A stretch of 32,832 bases of DNA from Bacteroidales bacterium (GTDB taxonomy: Bacteria; Bacteroidota; Bacteroidia; Bacteroidales; UBA12077). Below are positions 26,696-32,832 of the stretch, one piece after another. The translations under genes and the position numbers were made by a program. Location of the stretch: positions 1 to 32,832 of the forward strand of contig JANQHR010000063.1 of the NCBI GenBank assembly GCA_028282585.1, written 5' to 3'. The stretch's first letter is position 1; the number at the start of each line of letters is the position of its first letter. The notes below the pieces were generated by a model. It was not told the DNA's origin. It saw only the letters and a list, made by a program, of their open reading frames with translations, and did no database searches.

Positions 26696-27335
26696 CGATA
26701 TTGCCCAAATTGAAAACGGAAAATTCCAATTCAATTTTCCTGATTCAATGCGCTGGATTGAAGCCCTTGGAAAGAAAAAGTTTGGGTCTCACTTTCGGAT
26801 TTACCCGGAAGACCATTCCCTTCTGCTAACCTTGCTGGTTTATGCTATCAGGGATGAAGAATCGGCTGTTAAAAAGAATCTTAACCTAAGAAAAGGAATT
26901 CTGTTAACTGGTCCCATTGGTTGTGGAAAAACATCTTTGATGACCCTTATCAAATACTTTTTTCCTCAAAATATGCAGTACCAGCTAAAATCAAGCAGGG
27001 AAATTGGTTTTGAATTCGAAAAGGAAGGTTTTAAAGTGATTAACCGCTATGGAAACGAGATGTCTTCCAACCCATCGCTAAAAATTAGTTTTTGTTTTGA
27101 TGATTTGGGAGTTGAGCAACCGCATAAGTATTTTGGTAACAATTGCGATGTAATGGGCGAAGTACTTTTAAGTTGTTACGATTTGTTTGTCTCAAAAGGT
27201 ATTCTCACACATGTCACCACCAACCTTTCAGCTTCAGAAATTGAACAACGTTACGGAAACCGTGTAAGAAGCCGGATGCGTGAAATGTTCAACCTGGTGG
27301 CGTTTGATAAAAATGCACGGGATAAAAGGAGCTAA
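26619..27335 (+). CDS. DnaC/IstB-like P-loop ATPase
   Basis: KGILLTGPIGCGKTS, CFDDLGVE, TTNLS and YG.RVRSRMREMFN. Confidence 0.9.
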   Translation: MEKGKKKEKEVGYTSIQTRTTPNPYSDIAQIENGKFQFNFPDSMRWIEALGKKKFGSHFRIYPEDHSLLLTLLVYAIRDEESAVKKNLNLRKGILLTGPIGCGKTSLMTLIKYFFPQNMQYQLKSSREIGFEFEKEGFKVINRYGNEMSSNPSLKISFCFDDLGVEQPHKYFGNNCDVMGEVLLSCYDLFVSKGILTHVTTNLSASEIEQRYGNRVRSRMREMFNLVAFDKNARDKRS

Positions 27336-27343
27336 AAGCAAGT

Positions 27344-28576
27344 TTAAGTACCTGCGAGTTTATCCAGGACTTTTTGAATGTCCTGCCTGTTTTCTTTGGA
27401 AACACCAGATTCGTTGGCAATTGCTTCCAATTGGCTTACGGCTTCCTGTACCTCTTCTATGATTTGGGCTGCATTTTTTAACCCAAAATGAGTGGCAAGC
27501 TTCAATAATTCCTTCCTTCCCGGATTTTGGCTTTCTCCAGCTACCATGGTACTATGAAAACCATAACTGGAAGAAGAAAAAGTAAGGTCATAGGCTGGCG
27601 CAAATTGCCAATTTCCTTTTGCGTCCATTAAAAACGAGAAATTTTTACTGTGGTCATCCCGGTTGTGGGAATAAACATTAAAAGCAGCAAGCCTGAAAAT
27701 TTTTTCATACGCTTTAACATGTTTCTCCAGCCTGAAAGCACAATCCATTAAATGACCGTAATCCATAGTACTCATCCTGAAATTATCGTGCATAATGCCC
27801 GATGCAGTATGTACATGCAGACGTTTCCCTTTATTCCGGTCAAAACGTAAGGTCCCAAAATATTCTTTACCGGATTTTCCTTTGAATAGGTGGCATTCAC
27901 TCATTTCAATACCAGCAAGCAAAGCCATTTTATGATAGGCATATTCAATATTTGCAATTTCCACATTATCAGAAGACGATGGGAATTTAATGATCCATTC
28001 TTCAAATCCTTCCGGTATATCGTCAGTTCCATGTATCAGATCACCCGTAACTGGGTTATAGCCTGTAAAAATCTTTGGTCTGGCACCACCAGATGACCCA
28101 CCAAGGATAAAGAGTTCTTCAAGGACATCAGAACTTGTACCCTGAAGTACGCGGTTCATTTCATTAGCTAAGGTGTCCAGTTCAGGGATAGCCCCGGTAG
28201 ATTTATCCGGTTTGAATTCCGGCTTATAAATAAGTGCCCCCATACCTGAAGTGCCGACATAAGCTAACCTATCCAACGGCGTTATCCTAGCAATGTCAAT
28301 CCCTTTTGATGATAATGAGCGATCAAGCAACAAACGTCCCCAACCATCGGGCAATGAGTCGTTAAACACACCAAACAATCCTTCGAATGGTTCCCTGTCG
28401 GCACTTACAATATTACCACTGAACGGTAATTTAATAGGAGATAGGTCAAATCCATTGCTAAGGTAACCGGGATGGTATTTGAAGTATATTTTTCCCTTGG
28501 AAAGGACAAGCTCCCCAACTTCAGTTTGATTCCCTTCGAGCAGGATAGACACGGATATTTTCTCAATTCCAATCAT
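27344..28576 (-). CDS. hipA: HipA-family kinase toxin
   Basis: HipA N-terminal DSLPDGWGR, SSGGARPK, WIIKF, RFDR, NRDDHSKNFSF and APAYDL. Confidence 0.95.
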   Translation of the reverse strand: MIGIEKISVSILLEGNQTEVGELVLSKGKIYFKYHPGYLSNGFDLSPIKLPFSGNIVSADREPFEGLFGVFNDSLPDGWGRLLLDRSLSSKGIDIARITPLDRLAYVGTSGMGALIYKPEFKPDKSTGAIPELDTLANEMNRVLQGTSSDVLEELFILGGSSGGARPKIFTGYNPVTGDLIHGTDDIPEGFEEWIIKFPSSSDNVEIANIEYAYHKMALLAGIEMSECHLFKGKSGKEYFGTLRFDRNKGKRLHVHTASGIMHDNFRMSTMDYGHLMDCAFRLEKHVKAYEKIFRLAAFNVYSHNRDDHSKNFSFLMDAKGNWQFAPAYDLTFSSSSYGFHSTMVAGESQNPGRKELLKLATHFGLKNAAQIIEEVQEAVSQLEAIANESGVSKENRQDIQKVLDKLAGT

Positions 28577-28586
28577 TGGGGTTTAA

Positions 28587-28859
28587 TTATTTTGTGAACA
28601 GTTTTTCAAGGTCTTCCTGGTTTTCCTTGATAATAAGTAATTGGTCAATCTCTTCCAACCTGCCAAGAAGGTGCATCAGTTTAAGTAAAGATTCCAGGGA
28701 GATTTTCCCCGTGTTCTCAAAACGTTTTAAACTTCCAAATGAAACACCGGAACGTCCTGCCATTTCTTCTTGTGAAAGCTTTAATTGCTTCCGTATGGCG
28801 CGAAACCTATTTGCTAATGCTTTACTGACCTCGAAAGGTGTTGGTTTTAATGAGTACAT
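28587..28859 (-). CDS. hipB: HipB-like XRE antitoxin
   Basis: LSQEEMAGRSGVSFGSLKRFENTGKISL; 10 bp upstream of hipA. Confidence 0.9.
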   Translation of the reverse strand: MYSLKPTPFEVSKALANRFRAIRKQLKLSQEEMAGRSGVSFGSLKRFENTGKISLESLLKLMHLLGRLEEIDQLLIIKENQEDLEKLFTK

Positions 28860-28866
28860 TTTATTT

Positions 28867-28925
28867 TAGCTAAAATATTATCTAAAAATAATAAAAAACA
28901 TTCTAAATAGCTAGTATATTGTCTT
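28867..28925. promoter_or_regulatory. Two 18-bp imperfect palindromes, probable HipB operators
   Basis: TAGCTAAAATATTATCTA (28867-84; 14/18 self-complementary) and TAGCTAGTATATTGTCTT (28908-25), directly upstream of hipB. Confidence 0.6.
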
Positions 28926-29564
28926 TTTTTTGAGAGATAGAGAGTGATTTTACTTATGAAATCAGTTGTAACAAAGTTTGATTCGGTGTTTGTTAAAGCG
29001 TATTAATTTGGATAAAATTGAAAATGTTGATTATTATCCACAAAAACGACTCTTTTGTTGATAATATTCAACAAAAGAGAAATAATACCCCTTTGTTATT
29101 CGCGAATAATAAGTGATTTTTTATATGAATTTGCATATAGCAAAGTGAGAGGGACATTTCAGTATGCTTGATAATAGGCATGAGACGTAGTATTATTTAA
29201 TGGACTTTAAGTGTTAGCCATTGCCCCGGCACATCCCACTACCAGCCTTCAACCCACCTATATCCATTCGTTCCTCATGGAACCGGTGTTGTTTTGCCTG
29301 TACGTGGCAAGAGCCTTGGGCAACCCACGGAAAGAGAAGCCCGTCCGTTTCACTACCGGTCTACACTTTCCTGAAGCCGTTACATTATCTTGCTTTCTCT
29401 AATCTTGAAATGAACATAAACACAATATATAAATGGATAAAATCTGAATTGGGTTTCTATCCACTATGTGAAACTTTGGATTGAAAATTATAACTTAGGA
29501 CTCAGAGTATTTTGGATAATACTTCGTAAAGCCAATTTAAGCAGTTTTATTAGAATAAAATTCT

Positions 29565-31037
29565 ATGATTGAAAATTCTGAACTCCATCGAATTATTAAA
29601 GATTTGTGTGATAAACATTCCCTTTATCTTGAAGAAAGTAGGGAACAAGAATTTCGAATATACACAGACTATTCATCGGGAATAACTATATTTTTAAAAC
29701 TTGAAAAGCATTCAAACCTTTCTTTCTATTTTCTTCAAAGAACATTGGATGTTGTTTATCATGGGGATAGGACGGATGTACATGTAGCATTAAGTTTAAT
29801 GTTTTCAAGTTTCTTAAGAATATTTGATTTAGGTATATCTAGTTCTCTTTTTGATATTCCACATCCGATTATCCCTGATGAAATTTGGGGGAGATATATT
29901 ATGCCAGAGCAAACACCAATACTCTTTGGAATAAATTCAAAAAAAAAGTTGGTAGAGGTTATTACAAAAATTATTGCCATGACTGCGATATGGAGAGAAA
30001 TATTGTGGCAAAATATAGAATGTCCATGTGAAGAATGTTTTAAAAAAGTAAATATTGACAATACGAGAGGATATGATATCCCTATGGATATTGAAACCTC
30101 GATGGAACTCTTATACAAATCTAATCATATCAACTTCGGAAGCCGTGTAAGACCCAATTGGGATTGTTATTACGACATGAAAAATGAAGTTACCATTATA
30201 AAATCAAAGGGATTGTCAAACTTCTTACGTTTTGCGCTCAAGTTAAAAACACAAAACACAACAAAAATTGATGGGATCAATGGGAAACTATTACTTGACG
30301 GAGATATTAAAAATTATATTGATAGTTCTACTCTAAAAGAACTTAATAGTTTGATTAAGGTATTGATAAAAAACAAATCCAAGATATACTACAATATAAT
30401 TCCTCTTGAAAATATGGTTATTACTACAGTTAAGGACTATATAATTGCTCTTGGCAGATTAGCTGGCAGATATGAATTTAAGAAAGAACGTGAACAAATT
30501 AGGAAGCGACATAATTTAGAATCTAAATTCTTATTCCCAGTTCCTGAATTTGAATGGATGGAATCAGTTTGTCCAGATCAATTTGAAGGGTTGATAAAAG
30601 CATTATTAGAAAGAGAACCCAATGTCGTTATTGTGCGTAAGCCAGCACCAATAAATCAATCAGATAAAGGGAGAGACCTACTAATTGAATGGAATGTTTT
30701 AGATGCTAACATAATTTCGGATGAAACACCACCTACTTCTTCAATTAAGTTTGTAGGTCAGTGCAAGACAGGTAAAAAGACCATTGGAAAAAATAAAGTA
30801 CAAGATATTAGAGATACCCTTGAAACCCATAATTCGAATGGCTATTTTTTAGCAGTAAATACTCAAATCTCTGCCCCGCTAACAGAAAAATTGGAGGAAC
30901 TGAAGGATCGAGGTTTCTGGATTGAATGGTGGAATAAAGAAGAAATTGAATCTAGGCTGTCAAATAATCAAGACTTAATACCTTTATTCCCAAAGGTTAT
31001 CAAGGCGAAAAGTAAAATTAAATTTATAGAAAAATAA
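29565..31037 (+). CDS. Restriction-endonuclease-fold protein: C-terminal Mrr-like PD-(D/Q)xK domain and unknown ~320-aa N-terminus
   Basis: DQFEGLIKALL, DKGRDL, GQCK, GYFLAVN and WW.KEEIE. Confidence 0.85.
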   Translation: MIENSELHRIIKDLCDKHSLYLEESREQEFRIYTDYSSGITIFLKLEKHSNLSFYFLQRTLDVVYHGDRTDVHVALSLMFSSFLRIFDLGISSSLFDIPHPIIPDEIWGRYIMPEQTPILFGINSKKKLVEVITKIIAMTAIWREILWQNIECPCEECFKKVNIDNTRGYDIPMDIETSMELLYKSNHINFGSRVRPNWDCYYDMKNEVTIIKSKGLSNFLRFALKLKTQNTTKIDGINGKLLLDGDIKNYIDSSTLKELNSLIKVLIKNKSKIYYNIIPLENMVITTVKDYIIALGRLAGRYEFKKEREQIRKRHNLESKFLFPVPEFEWMESVCPDQFEGLIKALLEREPNVVIVRKPAPINQSDKGRDLLIEWNVLDANIISDETPPTSSIKFVGQCKTGKKTIGKNKVQDIRDTLETHNSNGYFLAVNTQISAPLTEKLEELKDRGFWIEWWNKEEIESRLSNNQDLIPLFPKVIKAKSKIKFIEK

Positions 31038-31399
31038 ACTATTAGCTAAAATATCTGGAAACAAAAAAGAATCCCAAAGTTAGCCCTCCTCCCCACAAAT
31101 CCACCTTGGAAAAAAGCAAGGCTAAATAGAATGCCCTCGCTCAATATTTTAAAGGTTAGATCTATAAAATTCCTGTTCTCAGGACAGCCTTGCATTTTAT
31201 CCCCGGACGGCAAAGCTTTGGGTTTCTTTTCTTTTTTTCCATTTTTCTTTTCTTTTGAGGAAATTTTATATCATATAAATAGAACTAAAGTGGTTCATTT
31301 TTAAGGCAGTTAATCAAAACATCATCCATCCTATCATCAAACTCAATTAAACTCCGATATATCCTATGATATTGTCAAAGATTAGTTAACAATAAAAAT

Positions 31400-31453
31400 C
31401 ACCCAAGTTGGGGAGACCTTGGGGAAAATATCCATTTCTACTGCTGATTTTTG
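31400..31453 (+). promoter_or_regulatory. Conserved activator box plus promoter (candidate RteC site), copy 2
   Basis: CACCCAAGTTGGGGAGACCTTGGGGAAAAT, with TTTG again 50 bp from the motif start; precedes the tra genes. Confidence 0.65.
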
Positions 31454-31494
31454 CCAGGCATGTTCAACGAAAACAAATTAAAAACGACAAGATC

Positions 31495-31857
31495 ATGTTT
31501 GGACTAAATGAAATCAGCTGGAAGGAATTTATACTGTTTGTGTTAATAGCTATCGTGCTATGGTATGTCCTACTTTTACTATGGGCATGGTTTAAAAACA
31601 ACAACCAACCTTCTGTTCTCTATGAAGAATATTCAATTGTTTCCCAGTTAGGTTCAGAAGGCACAAAACCTATAGCTGTTTCAGCAACATCCTTCCCCTC
31701 AAAGTTGATTTCATCTATATCTGAGAGTACGATCCCTTTGGAAGTTTCTTTCTATGAAGAGATATATCCCGATGATGGAATCCATATTGACTACCTGCTA
31801 AATGAAACAACCGGGGAGTTGGAAAAATTGCTTCACGGAATCCAATATCAACAGTAA
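31495..31857 (+). CDS. Single-TM hypothetical protein heading the tra cluster
   Basis: MFGLNEISWKEF followed by a TM helix ending WY..; acidic C-terminus. ATG at 31495. Confidence 0.75.
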   Translation: MFGLNEISWKEFILFVLIAIVLWYVLLLLWAWFKNNNQPSVLYEEYSIVSQLGSEGTKPIAVSATSFPSKLISSISESTIPLEVSFYEEIYPDDGIHIDYLLNETTGELEKLLHGIQYQQ

Positions 31858-31876
31858 TATTTAATCACAAAGTATC

Positions 31877-32191
31877 ATGAGAAAAAACAATCAAAGCTTT
31901 TTCAGTAAAGGCATGGCGACAGTAGCCATGTTCCTCTTGGGAATCTATAACAGTTTGGCACAAAGTTCAGCTGGGATTGACCAGGCGACTTCAGAAGTTA
32001 GTTCCTACATCGATCCGGTTGCCAACCTGATCATTGCCATCGGAGCGGTTGTAGGTCTGATTGGTGGTGTGCGCGTGTACATCAAATGGCAAAGCGGGGA
32101 TCAGGATACGCAAAAAGCCATTATGGGCTGGTTTGGTGCCTGCCTATTCCTAATCCTGGTGGGTGTGGTAATCCGTGCATTCTTTTCATAA
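31877..32191 (+). CDS. traE: Conjugative transposon TraE (DUF4134, VirB2-like)
   Basis: AGIDQAT.EV.SY.DP..LI.AIGAVVGLIGGVRVY.KW.SGD.D..K...WFGACLFL. Confidence 0.92.
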   Translation: MRKNNQSFFSKGMATVAMFLLGIYNSLAQSSAGIDQATSEVSSYIDPVANLIIAIGAVVGLIGGVRVYIKWQSGDQDTQKAIMGWFGACLFLILVGVVIRAFFS

Positions 32192-32202
32192 AGGGCTGAG
32201 TC

Positions 32203-32499
32203 ATGAATTCATATACGATTCAGAAGATTGACATCAATCTTTATATTAAAGGATTCTCAGGGCAGCTGGTTTATTCTGCCCTGTACGGAATCCTTACTTG
32301 CCTGATCCTGTTTGTGGTGCTGTATATAGCTGCAGGGACTCTTATTTCTGTGCTTGTATGTATGCCCGGCTTCTTTTCCTGGTTATACCGGGTTAACCGA
32401 ATCCAGAAAAAGTTTGGGCATTCCGGTTGGCACAAAAAACGGATTGCAGGTCAATTACCTCAGTTTATCACCATCAAAAGGCGTATTTGCCAGTCATAA
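32203..32499 (+). CDS. traF: Conjugative transposon TraF (DUF4133, VirB3-like)
   Basis: Position between traE and traG; KG..GQ, two TM helices and KFG..G..K. Confidence 0.8.
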   Translation: MNSYTIQKIDINLYIKGFSGQLVYSALYGILTCLILFVVLYIAAGTLISVLVCMPGFFSWLYRVNRIQKKFGHSGWHKKRIAGQLPQFITIKRRICQS

Positions 32500-32500
32500 A

Positions 32501-32738
32501 ATGAAAGTAAAGCCGATTCATATAAGTTTACCGGTGTTGGGATTTAATGGGGACAACCTTATTTCCAATAACCTGGATATTGGTTTTGGTTTGCGGCTGT
32601 TCCTGCCAGAACTGCTCTCATGCAGCAAGGAAAAACTGTACATGCTGCATGATACCTTTCAAAGGGTTGTTAACCTAATTCCAGAGAATACACTGTTACA
32701 TAAGCAGGATTTCTTTTTTGTGGAAGGATTTACCCTAG
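32501..32738 (+). pseudogene. traG: TraG (VirB4-like ATPase) N-terminal fragment, interrupted
   Basis: LPEL...LIPENTLLHKQDFF is the TraG N-terminal motif. The frame switches to unrelated sequence after ~78 aa and stops at 32788. Confidence 0.8.
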
Positions 32739-32832
32739 CAGCCTGTCGGACTTATATTTTTACATTTAATATAGCACCCAATAATTAGTTCAGGCGATTT
32801 TTATTCTGTCTATTTTAAGACCTAAAACTACA
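32739..32832. mobile_element. Probable IS terminus inserted at CTAG within traG (family uncertain)
   Basis: CTAG (32735-38) is followed by CAGCCTGTCGGACTT exactly where TraG similarity ends. This resembles IS ends I recall with CTAG targets; the partner end is outside the window. Confidence 0.55.

Noticed and set aside
27280-29484. ORFs 27280, 27890, 28576, 29211 and 29221
   Set aside because: Shadows of hipBA or the ATPase, or short non-ATG frames with atypical composition.
31080-31260. Possible oriT or conserved ICE motif (ATGCCCTCGCTCAA...) before the tra genes
   Set aside because: Only a vague resemblance to Bacteroidota ICE intergenic sequence; no nic site or relaxase supports it.

Overview
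Accessory, mobile-element-rich window from what looks like a Bacteroidota genome (TAnnTTTG promoters, RteC, CTnDOT-type tra genes, Bacteroides-type ECF sigma). From left to right: (1) an IS21-type terminus interrupting the 3' end of a probable GH3 glycosidase, then a truncated IS4-family transposase. (2) A very AT-rich, tightly coupled 13.7-kb minus-strand operon (14917->1252): XRE HTH regulator, LivH/M/G/F-type ABC importer, Liv-type substrate-binding lipoprotein, B12-binding radical SAM enzyme with an atypical CX6CX2C motif, a 1117-aa soluble divergent histidine-kinase/HATPase with a degenerate receiver, a 736-aa receiver-domain protein with no DNA-binding output, and a ~6-TM membrane protein. 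A ~116-bp direct repeat (1052-1167 / 15448-15564) brackets the whole unit. I do not recognise this arrangement, and it is the best candidate for an undescribed system. (3) An ECF sigma pseudogene and a cassette-like array (outer-membrane protein, endonuclease I lacking a normal signal peptide, secreted protein, unannotated 57-aa C2H2-like ORF) with degenerate attC-like spacers. (4) An AraC-associated FAD oxidoreductase cluster. (5) An ICE/conjugative-transposon backbone (rteC, a structured RNA, HTH excisionase-like gene, initiator-like gene with iteron-like repeats, P-loop ATPase, hipBA, Mrr-like nuclease, traE-traF-traG), with traG cut by a probable IS end. All calls come from reading motifs by eye; no database searches were run.
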